DNA from: Rhizodiscina lignyota
Taxonomy: Eukaryota
Direction: 5' to 3'
Length of the DNA stretch: 64,000 bases
Assembly: GCA_010015805.1 (NCBI GenBank)
Contig: ML978140.1
Span: forward strand, 248,001 to 312,000
Within the stretch, counting starts at the first letter, position 1. Every line of letters starts with the position of its first letter. The notes below the pieces were generated by a model. That model saw only the letters and a program-made list of their open reading frames with translations, ran no database searches and was not told where the DNA came from. The translations under genes and the position numbers were made by a program. Below are positions 25,416 through 37,407 of this stretch, piece by piece.

Positions 25416-28400
25416 GGTGAAAGGAGGAGTGCGTGCACGTTTGTGGTGCACTGGAAAGGGTATGCTATCGCGCTGCTAAGGCAGCGCTGGGTGTATGCTG
25501 TTGTTGTTGCAGCCTCGGGGACTGGTATGCAGCGGTATCTGAGCGATACGGTCGCTGGCCCAGCCCAGATCAGGACCCCAAATGCGGCGCAGATCGGATC
25601 GAAGAGGGCCGAGTGTGGTGCGAGGCTGATTCTCGAGAAGAAAGGAGGCTGGCGGGGTATATGAGGGCGCAGATGGTGCGTGATCTGGCGTTTGTCGGTA
25701 TTCGCGTGATGTCAAATCTGCATGGCAGCTCAGCCACGCTTAGAGCGACCGAGCGGCGACCTATTCAATAGATGCTCCTATTTCGTGCAGTACACGAGTG
25801 GCCAATCGACGTTTTTAGCAATAAGACTATTGCCTACGTTCCGGTTCGGGTGTAGAGAGAGAGGGCGGGCTGGCTGCGTGCTTGTTGTTGTGGGTTGCTT
25901 GCGCACACGCTGGTGGGGGAGTCGCTCGTGGTCGCCTCAAAGGGCTTGGCTCCGCTGGCCTGCCAGCAAGCTCGGTGCCACCCGCTATAATGTCGGCCCG
26001 ATCCCACGCACCGCACCAGAACGGCCACTTATGTTTCTCCCGTCCTGCTGAGATGCATACTCTGGAACAGTTTGAGCTGAAGAGAAGGCCTCTTTCGTTC
26101 TGTGCTGTCCTGCTCCAAGACATTCATGTCAGCCCATCTGCATCTCTGCGCTCTGCGCGCGGCTGTGCGAGACGAGTGGCTTGACGCAATATTTTCAAGC
26201 TCAACTGCTCGACACTATAAGCGGGCCCAGCTTTCCCTCGACCAGGGCACCAGGGCGCTTTGGCTCACACGATCGTATGATATCACTTTCACGTCCGTCA
26301 GACGTGTATACTCGCAATCCTGACTAGCATTGTTCTCTCTGCCTTTGGACTTTCTAGAGTCTTCTGCCTCCTTAGCTGCCGTGCGAGATCTGAAACATTT
26401 TCACGTCGGGTCTTGTGGCGCTCAAATTCCAAATATCTCTCCGTGTCTCTCAATGCTCACCTCTCCAGTCTCTATTTGAGTGCTGCTCTGATTCCTCAGC
26501 ATTTTGCAATCCGTCTTGAGATGTTTCTGAAGGCCTTCCTTGGCGCGTGAGAATACAATGCGCAACATTCCTGCTTCTATGGTGACGTGTGCGGGGGCGA
26601 GATTATCCTCCAAACGTCGAAAGAACCTGTTTCGTTGCGCATACCAAGCTGCATTTTGCCAGTTGCAGAGTACCTAACTTCTGAGCATGTTGTCTCACCC
26701 TTGGTTAAAACCTTCTTGTATTACAAACGGTTGTTGAGCGGTCGTGGAATGGACTGTTCGCACACGACTGACCAAGCGCGCCTGCTTTGCTTGCTGCTGT
26801 CAGAGCATACGAGAGTTTCAGCCTCAATCTGTGCAACGTTGACGAAAGCGTCCGTTTGCTGTTTCAACATGCACTTTTCCGAATATGCGCCAAACCAGTA
26901 TCCTTGAAATGCTCCTCATTGTCGCATGGCACGCGGCATGGGCACGAAGTCAGCGCACGGCGTGGATAGTTGTTTTATTGCACCGATAACCTGCAATGTG
27001 AAAAGGCAGACTGCAGTACAAAGTGCTCCGTATCCCGGGGTGCCGGTGGGATGGTCATGAAGCTCGGCGGCGGGTTTGCTCCAGTCGTTGCCACTTCGAA
27101 GGATCTTTGACCTGGTTTCCGATAATCCGACTGAGCCGGGTGCGCAGTGGTATACGGAGTATGTGCTAGCTCTGCGGAGGGTATTGCTGCGGAGCGCAGA
27201 ACCCTTTGACAGAGTTCAAGTTGAACTCTGTTGCAGGTTCAGCTAAAAGAGCTTTACAACTGAAGAGGTAGGTTAAGAAGCCGGGAGTTGCCATCGACTT
27301 TTCCGGACAGGACACAATTTTTGCATCTCATGCATTATGATCTTATCCAGCTTTGGCGTACCGAGCTGTCGGTTACCCGACTTTCGGGATTCCCAATTGG
27401 ACCCCGACCCACCTTTCACTTGAGATTTCATAATACTTGGAGTCTGGATCCTGCCAGAGAGGCTGGCGCAGGAAGGCCTCAAGACGTCCATAGGCTGGTG
27501 CCGCAGCATGCCGGAGCGAACGACACCAGAAGATCCACTCAAAGGATTGCGGGGTGATATGAGTTTGCGAAGCGACTTCAACCCCACGAGTCAGCGGATC
27601 GGGACAAGCCAATGCAGTTGCCCAGGCCGAAGACGTTTGTTCGTATCCGTTCGGCGCCTTCGCGTATGTTAGTCGCTCGAAAAGGAATGTCGGCAGATCA
27701 GTGGAGAAGATTTCGTGACGAACCCGGCTCCCAAGAGGACGGAGGCACAAATCGCGTTGGGGGAGCTGCTGCGAACTGCTGCTCGGTCAACCTTCTCCGC
27801 TGGACATTACTCGTCCACTCCAATTAAAGCTCTCACTACTGCTCAGTGGTATGGTACGCGATGCTGCCGCCGCTCCAGGGGCAAAGCACGGCGACGAACG
27901 AGTCGCTTTCGCTCTACGGATAACGGCACTGGGGTAGCGCGGAAGAAGAAACGCATGTGTCTCATGCCACCGCACGCTGCCTTGGCTTGCGGTGTTCTTG
28001 CTCGAAGCGTCAAGGGCAGCGGGCAGTATGATCCTGTATCGGCCCGCACCAGGTTACCCGATGGGCGCTAACAAGCCGCAACGCGTCATGAATCTGGCAG
28101 GCCGTAAGGCACCTGGTACACGGCCGGGTGATTGGTGAATAAGCGGGGAGCAGCGCTGCAAGCACGTCTGAATCTGCCTGTTCGGGCATGGTGAGCGCCG
28201 GTGGGCAGGCGTGAGCGTAAGTTGCCGAGAGGGAGAGAATGTGGAGGAGCTCGCCTGTCGGCCATCGCGGACGCGGCGGAATTGCCTTCGGCCGCGTCCT
28301 TCCAAGCTGGCTGGCTTGCGTTGCGAGAGCCCACCCATCCGACTTTAAGACCGAGCCAAGCCCTGCGCTGCGTCCTTATGTGTAGCTTGCACCTCCCTCG

Positions 28401-28976
28401 CGCCGACCCTCTGCTCGACAGGCCATAGCTATTCCAGTTTCTGCCCGGAGATACAGCGCGTGCACCAGCATTTCACACTCCGTCCGCGGCCCCGTCACGT
28501 GCTCGGCTTGCCACTACCGCCCGGTGTTCTTTCCAAGAGTCGGCTTTCGGGAGTTCGAGCAGCGCAGCAGAGCAGAGCAGCATCCCGCGCCGCACAACAA
28601 GCAGCAAGGAGCTCCATCGAGTGCCCATTGAACGCTTACGCCTTCAACCTTCCAGTCTCACTCGAAGAGCAGCGCGCTCGCATTCCTGCGCTCTCGCGCC
28701 GCAGTCAAGTCAGCCGGCACAATTTCGTCCTCCGCGCCCTTACAGCTCTCCTCTATCTTATCCGGCTCTTTTGCGCACACGCCCCCGACAACAGGCGCGA
28801 GCCAGTTTTCGCCGACGATTGCGCAGAACAACGCAGAGACCGGCTCCGATCGCTCCCCCGTATCCCCTCCATCAACCGCCTCGAATGTAGCGCAGCAGCT
28901 CCTCGCCGCCGCGCAATCGGAGGAACGTCGACCTACGCACGGTGGAGGCGGCTCGCGCCGCTCGGAGCAGCCTCGA

Positions 28977-31976
28977 ATGAGGTCTTCCATAGCGTGTTCG
29001 CGGTGCCGCCGCAGTAAAGTCAAATGCGTCAACAATGGCGTGAACACCACCTGCAGGGCGTGCGAGAATACGGGACGAGAGTGCACGTATCCAAGTCCAG
29101 CATTGACTGGAGGCCAGGCGCATCATGTGCGGAGAGAGGGCAGCGTAGGGAGGACCGTTGGGCCTGAGGGTGCTCCGGCAAACGATGTAGGAAGATTTAC
29201 CAAGAGTTGGGACGTCTCACTGATGAAACCTCCAGACTCCCAAGCGACCGCGACCTTCGAAGAAAGCTCCTCCGCCTGTGACAAACAATGCACACAGCCG
29301 AGACAGCATCAGAGCAATCGTGGATGCTTTGGACGCATCGATTCTTACTCCAAAAGTTTGGATCGAATTGGTATGTTCTTTTTCGGGGCTTGTTCTAAAT
29401 CGCGGAAGCTCATAATTGCTAGTTTGAAATCTACCAGCTACACTTTGCGACGGACATGCCATTCCTGCACCCACCAACATTCTTGAAGCCATTGCGCCAG
29501 GCAAGCGCAATACAGCCTCCGAGTAAGGACTTTGGCACGTCCGCACCGAGCTCCAACGTCCTTCCGCCTCTTTCGCCCATGCTTCTCCTGGCATTCCTGG
29601 CGCTCACAGCTCGATATCACCCGCAACTGGTAGCTCATCACTCTCCTGCGTCGTCCAATAGACCGAGCAACCCGAGAATAGCATCCGAATACTACGCTGC
29701 CGCGGCCAAGTCACGGCTTGCCGGAAACCTTGGCGACGGACTCGGATCACCGGAGATTGAGCGCGTGCAATCGCTTCTCATGCTCGCGCTTTTTGACTGG
29801 GGCAACTGTCAAGGAGCGAAGGCGTGGATTTCCGTCGGAGTTGCGCTTCGATATGCGCAAATTCTCGGCTTACAATATGAAGCGGAATTAGATGACCAAC
29901 CACTAGCCCTGTCCCACTCAATGAAGCAGGAAGCAAGCCAAATGGGCCTGGAAACTAACGGCAAAACATGGGAGTCGGGCGACAAAGGCGACGCGTTCAT
30001 CGAGCGGGAAGTTAAGCGACGCACATTCTGGAGCTGCTTTATAATGGACCGATACATGAGCAGCGGGAAATTCCGGCCTCAAATGATAAACGCGCGTGAT
30101 GTGCGGATACAGCTGCCGAGCAGTGAGCGCGCGTTTCTGTTCGGAGAGAAGGTCAGGACGCTTCTGCTCGCGGATGAGCTCGACGATGTTGAAGGAAGGG
30201 CTGAGGTGGAGACGCACAGACGAATGTCTGAAGCCATGCCTCATCTGAATGGAGACAGGCGACCGTCACCTCCTTCAAGGGATTCTCCGACATTTTCCAA
30301 GCTGAAGCAAGAAGGCGACGAGCATGATGTGGAAAGAGGGAGATGGGAGGTTGGCCCCGACGAGGGCATTACGAGTAGATTCGTAAAGGCGCTGGATCTC
30401 TACGGCAAGCTCATCAAATGGTCTTGTAGCGGTGGTCGAAGGTACGTTGTTGAGCCGATCTGAATATTCCCGTGCTGACTATCCAAGGACTGAATCTACG
30501 CATCCGCCGTGGGATCCAAAGTCATCCTTCTTCCAGCTACAGCACCAGATCACAAAATTCACGGAAAGCTTGCCCCGTGACATGACTCTGAATCCGGCAA
30601 ACATCTCAGCGCACATAACGTCCAGAACGTCTACACCGTACACGATGCTTCATGCGACAATTCTGCTTTGCAATATGTTTCTTCATCGAGAGTTTATTCC
30701 GTTCATCCCTCTTCGGTCGACGCAGCCAGAAGGACCGCTCGATCCACCGTTGTTTCCGCGAGAAAGGTACGCGACACCTGTAGGATATTGGCATAATTCA
30801 GCGCGGCAGCTGTTCAAGAGCGCGCGAGATCTAATGGACCTGGTTCGGACCTGTCAAGAGTGGGGCGTCTTGGTCGAAACTCCAATAGTGGGCTTTGCCA
30901 TCTATGTTGCAGCTTTTATCGGTAAGTTTGCTATAATCCCCCATTGGACCCTCCTTTCTCGACTGAGAGTGGAATTATGTAACTCCCGTATACTGACTTC
31001 TGTAGGCGTATATGCCATCAACTTTCCTTGGATGGATACCTACGGCTACATGAGTACCAACCGAGAAATCCCGACCGCGACAGGCGGCGCGGAAGCTGCG
31101 AGAAAAGCCTTAGAAATGATCGGCCAGATGCGTTCGAGACTCAAAATGGCAGACGGGTGGTTCAGAACCATCCGGCGCACGCATATTTACTTTATGCGCA
31201 TCAAGAAAGATTTCCGGCGGAACATCAAGGCGCTCAGTGCGCACGGAAATTCCATAGGCACGAACCCTCTGACGCTGAGGGAAGGCGGGGCTGGCGGAGG
31301 ACAAGAAGAGTTCAAACTGCTCGAGCGAACTCTGAAGGACTTTGGCAGCCTCGAGGACGAGGATCAAGATCTGGAGATGACGGACGCCCCTCTAGACGAC
31401 TTTGAGGAGAACAGGCCTGGGGTCGGTGACAGAGATGCGACGGATACCGGATCCCCGGAGAGCGGCGCTGTTAAACAGCAAGGCTGGGCCACGATCAACA
31501 GTCATCGTGCTAGTGATGCTGGTCTCACTGCCGGAGTACCTGGTGCCAATGGCTACGGACAGCAGCATCAAAAGTCGGGCTTTTCTACTCCGGGTCTTAC
31601 GACCAGCCCGGCGGGACACAGTCTCAGTGCAAGCGAGATCGCAACCCCGGCTGGTCTACAAGGGTACGGCGCGCAAGGCCCGGTTGGACCGACAGCACAA
31701 AGTGGTACGATGGGTTTTGCATCCGTGGAGGATGCTCGCAATGCTTCAAACAGTTTGCAGCAGCAGATGAATGTGCAATCAGCGCAAGGACAGACTGAAC
31801 CACCTCTCATGCAGCCCTGGACACCGGAAATGGAGCAGAATTGGCTGGATAGTCTGGAGACAAGGTTCGGCGGCGACGATATTGCGGCGTTTGTTGAGGG
31901 TAATGAATGGCAGGACTGGGCGGGAATAGCGGCGGCGCAACCAAATTCTGGCTGGCTCAGCGCTGTATGGGCATAG
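28977..31976 (+). CDS. Zn2Cys6 transcription factor with fungal TF middle domain; exons 28977-29186, 29236-29370, 29423-30441, 30488-30921, 31006-31976; N-terminus probably extends upstream without an AUG
   Basis: MRSSIACSRCRRSKVKC...CRACENTGREC, MPFLHPPTF, RRTFWSCFIMDRY, LHREFIPF. Four GT-AG introns keep the frame. Confidence 0.9.
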
Positions 31977-33232
31977 GCGGACTTTTGACAGATTTTTGAT
32001 GGACTTTGGGAGGACTTTGGGAGGATATTGGGCAATGGGTATGCCTACACGGCTACAGCCTTTATGGCAACAGGGATTAAGAGGGCGCACTGTACTTGTA
32101 AGTTTCCCGCGAGACGTGCAGAGCCCCCACGGACCGCAATTTGAAGTTTTGTTCTTTCGTCTACGTATCATCAGCAGTGGTAGGCTTGCTCGCGCGGGGA
32201 GGCGAGCGTGTAGCATTGTATATACTATGGTACTTTCAGCTCCGAGTCATGTCATCTCCTCGCCGAGGCTGTGATTTGCTCGTGCAGCGAGGCACGTGGC
32301 CAAACTTTCTGTTTCTGCAGCCTGCACTTTTGCAAATTAGGGCACACTCCCCGTCGAAATTAAGCTTGAAGGATTGTTTGGAGGATTTCTCCACGGGGTT
32401 TTGCATAAAATCTCCGCGAGTCGACCTATTTCGTATTTGTCTCTCTGCATCAAATCTCTGCTTTACTGTCGAATTATCGTGCACAATTATTTCCGCCGAG
32501 GTCGCCACAAGCTGCACGCACACAATTATCGGTACTACCGAGAAAATGAAGCAGCTCTCACTGGTGGAATATTTCCCAATCACATTCCCAGGGTGAGAAA
32601 CCAATAGCGCACAGGCCCCCCTTCCCGACGCCATCGCCAGCTACGTTTCCAGCAAGCTCTGTTTCGAAACTCCATTGTATCGCCACAAGTCAACTTACAG
32701 CGGGGAATTCTTGCTCACTTCCCACATGCGGGAAGGCGTACAGGCGATACCACGTGGAGAAAATTCGCGCCTGCGGCTCAAGAGCATTGATTGGTCTTCC
32801 TATTTTCACAGGATTATACCCCGTAGAGCACAGGTCGAGGTGTGTGCTCTAAGTAATGACTAAGTCGAGAGGTATGCTTATTAGTATGAGCGTATATGAT
32901 GCCGAGATAGGCCAGACACCCATTACCCAGAAATCACAGTTCGGAGAATTGGTTTTCGAGTGTACTCGGTTGTGCACTCTCAGCGTGCCCTGAGATTCAA
33001 GATTCAAGATTCAAAGTTATCCGTTTTCCTGCGCGACTGAATAAGGAATGTTTGGCATTATGAAGGAGATACTTGCATGAGTCCGGTAGGGATTATTAGT
33101 ACAAAAAGTCAGCAGTTCCCCGACCCATTAAGAACCTTACCATACAAAACAATTTAAGATCACATTAGCTCATACATTGCACTCTCTGACAATCACCATC
33201 ACACCTATCCTACAAACCACATTATCCTCTTC

Positions 33233-35122
33233 TCAGTGCATCCTCTCCTTGTCGATGCTATCCTTTCCTCTCGTAGACTCCCAGTCAAAATACGTCGACG
33301 CGTTCTCGCTAAGCATATCCGCCGGCACATCTTCCTTCTCTTCCTTACCTGTCGCTTCATTCACCTTCTCGTACAACTTCCGCAGCTCATCCATTTTCAT
33401 CTGCCTATCCAGTTCGCCATCATATCTGTTCCCACGCTTGAGGATGACTCGCTCATAAAGTGAAAGGTGACGAGGATGGATGGCAATGCCGTGGTATTCT
33501 TGCTCTCGACCCTCTCTCACAAACTGCCAGTACCGCTCTTGTTCGCGCAGGTCGAGGCCAGTGGTGTCTGGGATGAAGACGACGGTCAAGATGAAGCCGA
33601 TCAGGCCGAACCAGGACACGACCCAGAACTTCACGCGAGCACTAATGTAGTTGTACAAAATCGTTGCGGCCAATGCGCCGAGCTTGCCAACCGCAGCACT
33701 GACTCCATGGGCGGTGGCTCGAACGGGTGCAGGATACACTTCCGCAGCAAGAATGAAGGTCGTCGAGTTTGGCCCGAACTGGATCCAGAATGAAGAGAAG
33801 AAGTAGATGAATTCGAATCCATGACCGCCGGGACCTGGGACGTCCAGGATTGGGAATGCTGCGGCGGCTATGATGAAGAGGATGAACGACATGAGAAACC
33901 CGACTGCTTGCATGCGCTTCCGACCGTAAAGCTTGTAGTCAATGAGCATGGAAGCCAGATAGTAGCCGACCAACTCGCAGCCGACATTGGTCAGGTTCCA
34001 GAGCCACTGTGTCACCACCTCGTCCGAATTGCTGGTAACGATCTTCAGAAATGCGTTTCGGAAGATCTGGTTGCCGTAGAATGGAAAATCGTTGCAGAAC
34101 CAGCAGAGGGACGTGCCGACAAGTCGATGCCAGTAATGGCTGCTAACGAGTTTGAGAGACTTCACATCGTAGCCGGTGACGTTGCTTCGCTGTCGAGAGG
34201 CTTTGAAGCTTTAATCTGCCCTTTTCAACTTGAAGATACGCAGGTATATGAGGTAGACGAGAAATGCGACAATAAAGGCGAACGAAACGCGGAATGTCCA
34301 TTGGGTTGCCAGCTTGCTGTACGGTGGATTACCTCCACCATGAAAGACGAGCATGCAGAGGATCAAGACGACTTGGTTTATGACTTGGCCCCATCCTTGC
34401 ATCAAAAATGAAAGAGTGACCGTTCGGCCGCGATGTAGCTTGTCTGCTCTTGTAGTTCCCTGACCTCGGACGCCTTCCATTGCCGTGATACTCGTCATCG
34501 GGTACTCTCCACCGACGCCGATGCCGAATACGAGCAATGCGAGGGCGTACATGATGGTCCAGCCATAAAGCGATCTGCCCCACATAGCAGTGAGCAATGT
34601 AGCACCAAGGCACATCGTCACGGCGTCTTGGATGATGCCCCACCGCCGACCGATCCAGTCGCCGACGATTCCAATCATAGTCTGTCCGAGGATGATGCCC
34701 ACTATCTCCAGATAGTTGATAGCCTGGACCCAAACGCTGCTGCACACTTGATAATTCTTGTAGCATTCCGGCCAGACGGCTTCGAAGAGCGTAAGGAGGT
34801 TGCCGACAGAGAACAGAGTGTATCCCTCGGTGAAGAACCCCATCCCAGTGACGACATAGTTTTGGAAATACAGAGAAAATGGTCGAAGAGGATCTTTCTT
34901 GAATATCTCCCAGACTGAAGCAAGTTCTCGGCCTGATTCCTCGCGTGCTTGTCGGTTGACCCAGGCGAGCTTCTGCTTCCTGGGGAGATCTGCCCAGTAA
35001 GTGCGCCTTTCATAAGCATCGTCAGGGAAAAGAGTCTCATTCAGCAGACTCTCGGGATTTTCTGGTAGTCTGTTGAAAGCTACATCGCGACGCGTACCAC
35101 CCGCCGGGGGACCGTCAGCCAT
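33233..35122 (-). pseudogene. MFS inorganic phosphate (PHO84/PHT1-like) transporter interrupted by one in-frame TAA at 34211-34213
   Basis: The two track ORFs share one frame: ...FKLKRAD*SFKASRQRSNVTGYDVKS.... Motifs: GMGFFTEGY, GDWIGRR, GIGVGGEYP, WFCNDFPFYG, FGPNSTTF...AEVYP...RATAHGVSAAVGKLGA. No plausible intron spans the stop. Confidence 0.8.
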
Positions 35123-35369
35123 TTTGAAAGAGTTGTTAATTGACGGTGAGAGACGAAAGCTGACGCATGGAAACAAACACCAAAGCTGGAGGGGTGATGC
35201 TGCAGGACTAAGAAGATATTGGACACAAAATAAAATGGCCTGTTGAACGCTGGTCTTACATTCATATTATCCTACAACTACTTCAACGAGCCACCCTACC
35301 TCACAGTATCCTTCGCGAAGACAGAAAAGAAAGTCAGCGATGTCTGCCAGTTAAAGCCCACGAATGCTG

Positions 35370-35847
35370 CACGTGAGAGCACGTTTCTCGGTGTGGATCT
35401 GCAAGAAGTTGAAGGATTGTAGCAGGTTACTTGCGATGATTGAGAGTAAACGTCAAGTCGCGTGCGGTGAAGTCATAAACGCAAGTCCATCCAATCAGCG
35501 AGGCCAGAACGCGACTACGATCAATGATCGCCCTCGCGCCCAGAAAATCTCCGGTCAGATTGAATAATATTGTCGATCAATCATAGCACAAACCATTTTG
35601 ATGATTCGCCAGCATTGTTGGAGTGCGGAGTTTATCATAGGTCCGTCGCCTAAGGAGTTATAGATTCGGGGGACGCTGAAAAAGGCCTGCGAGTCCATCC
35701 CACGTTTTGACTCTTGGGTCGTCGTAACAACTTCAATACTACGTAGGTAGGAGAACTGGCATCATGCTTGACATGAAAGTTTAATTCCGCCCGAAAGTCC
35801 ACACCCCCGAGCGGTGCGAGGATATCCCGAGATATTATCACAACGTG
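35370..35847. promoter_or_regulatory. Cluster of Pho4/NUC-1/PalcA-type E-boxes upstream of the phosphate transporter
   Basis: CACGTG 35370-35375, CACGTT 35380-35385, CACGTT 35701-35706, AACGTG 35842-35847. Confidence 0.55.
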
Positions 35848-36302
35848 CAAATCACTGCCTGCCCTCCTGCTCCTCAGCAGTATGACAGGGCTTCATAAGG
35901 CTCCTTTGAATTAATGGAGACATTTCTCAAGGCACATACCAATGTCATCGTAAGATCCAGGTGACTCTTGTTGACCTTCTGGTACTGGTACGTCGGTGCA
36001 GACGTTGAGGCCATACTTCCCTTCTATTCCAAGTAATAAGCAATCTGCTCACAGATTATATGAGGGAAATGGCAAAGCATAGTTTCTGCCGTGTTGGCAT
36101 AGAGGCGACGGCAACATCATGTTGTAGAAAATTAAATACACCGTCAACTTTTTCAGCCTCAGCCTTGTCACCCCCTGATATCCAAAGTCTTGGCGCTCTA
36201 GCCAAAAATGGACCGGCTTCAATAAATCTCACCATTCGATTGACTTCTGCATTATAACCGGACAACGCTATTTTCCATCAATTGTAAAGATGTAATCGAG
36301 TC

Positions 36303-36869
36303 CTACTCCTTACTGAGGCCCTGTATCCATTCCTCGGTGGAGAGCGTCCGAGCCTGCCGAGAAAAGATCTTTTCCACCAGGACTTTATGCACTTCCGCAT
36401 CCAGATCCAGGCAGAGGTCACCGATCACCGTCAAACTGAAGTCCAAGTCCGCAGCCTGACGGACCGTGGAGAGCACGGCACCGCTGGTTGCCACTCCGGC
36501 AAGAACGAGGCTATCCACATTGAGGCCGCGAAGAACGACATCCAGATCGCTGCCCGAAAACGCGGATACGCGTCGCTTGGTCACGACGATGTCGCTCTTG
36601 AGAGGCGCGACTTCTGGCGAGATTTCCACTGGTGCATCGCCCTCGACGAAACTGCCGAAAGAGGCTATCTTGGCTGCTGAAAAGTTGCGAGATGACACTT
36701 CAGGGTGGCCTGCTCGAAAACATGTCTTGACATAGATGATCGGGATTCCAGCAGCCCGCGATGCTTTAATTGCTTCCGACACCCGCGACAGGTAATTGGT
36801 CGTGCCATCTTTAACTCGCTCTAGAATTCCAACCTGCAAGTCAAGCAGGACGAATGCAGTTTTGCTCAT
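36303..36869 (-). CDS. Isochorismatase-like (cysteine hydrolase fold) protein, intronless
   Basis: AFVLLDLQ, IVVTKRRVSAFSGSDLD, LVLAGVATSGAVLSTVRQAADLDF. Confidence 0.9.
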   Translation of the reverse strand: MSKTAFVLLDLQVGILERVKDGTTNYLSRVSEAIKASRAAGIPIIYVKTCFRAGHPEVSSRNFSAAKIASFGSFVEGDAPVEISPEVAPLKSDIVVTKRRVSAFSGSDLDVVLRGLNVDSLVLAGVATSGAVLSTVRQAADLDFSLTVIGDLCLDLDAEVHKVLVEKIFSRQARTLSTEEWIQGLSKE

Positions 36870-37049
36870 GATGTGTATGTTCGCGAACCAGTGATCAAGT
36901 CTGCCCGAAACGATCAAGCCTCAGCGCAGCGAGAGAGGCGCAAAATTGTGTGAAATGGTAAATGTTCGTTTGTGTATAGGGTTTAAGCTCACATTGACTT
37001 TTATATGGCACGCAGAGCTACTAACCACGATTGCCTCGTCCTTTGCATC

Positions 37050-37283
37050 CCGGTCCCGGCCTGTTTGCAAGGGGCCGGGAGCACGAAGGTTCAACGTCGA
37101 GATTTTTCGGCTTGGGAAGTTTCAACGCGTTCCTTGCAATATACGACAAGCCCGTATATACTGAAACTCATTTCCTTTTTAATTATCCCCACATTAGGTC
37201 TTTGTGGGCGTCCACCTCTTTGCATAGAGCTTTTTGATGGACTCCTGAACCGGTACCGGAATCCTGCCCGGTACCGGGGCCGG
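37050..37283. promoter_or_regulatory. Four CCGG-N2-CCGG everted repeats (Leu3/LeuB-type Zn2Cys6 sites) in a divergent promoter
   Basis: CCGGTCCCGG 37050-37059, CCGGTACCGG 37250-37259 and 37268-37277, CCGGGGCCGG 37274-37283. Confidence 0.6.
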
Positions 37284-37407
37284 AGATCGGTGAGGAATCT
37301 CTATTTTCTTATATCAACAACTGATGACCTTGGGAATTCAGTTGCTGCATGACCAAATTGATCCTCTCTAGAGCACTTAGCCACTTGGAGCCGTTCTTCG
37401 GGTCGCC

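Noticed and set aside
25800..28400. Short ORFs in the PKC1/TF intergenic region
   Set aside because: GC-rich promoter and leader sequence with no protein motifs.
34211..34213. Stop correction by A-to-I editing or an alternative genetic code
   Set aside because: Known fungal restorative editing mainly converts TAG to TGG at Trp positions. This is a TAA in a polar loop, and other genes here (RPL35, the permease) end in TAA normally.
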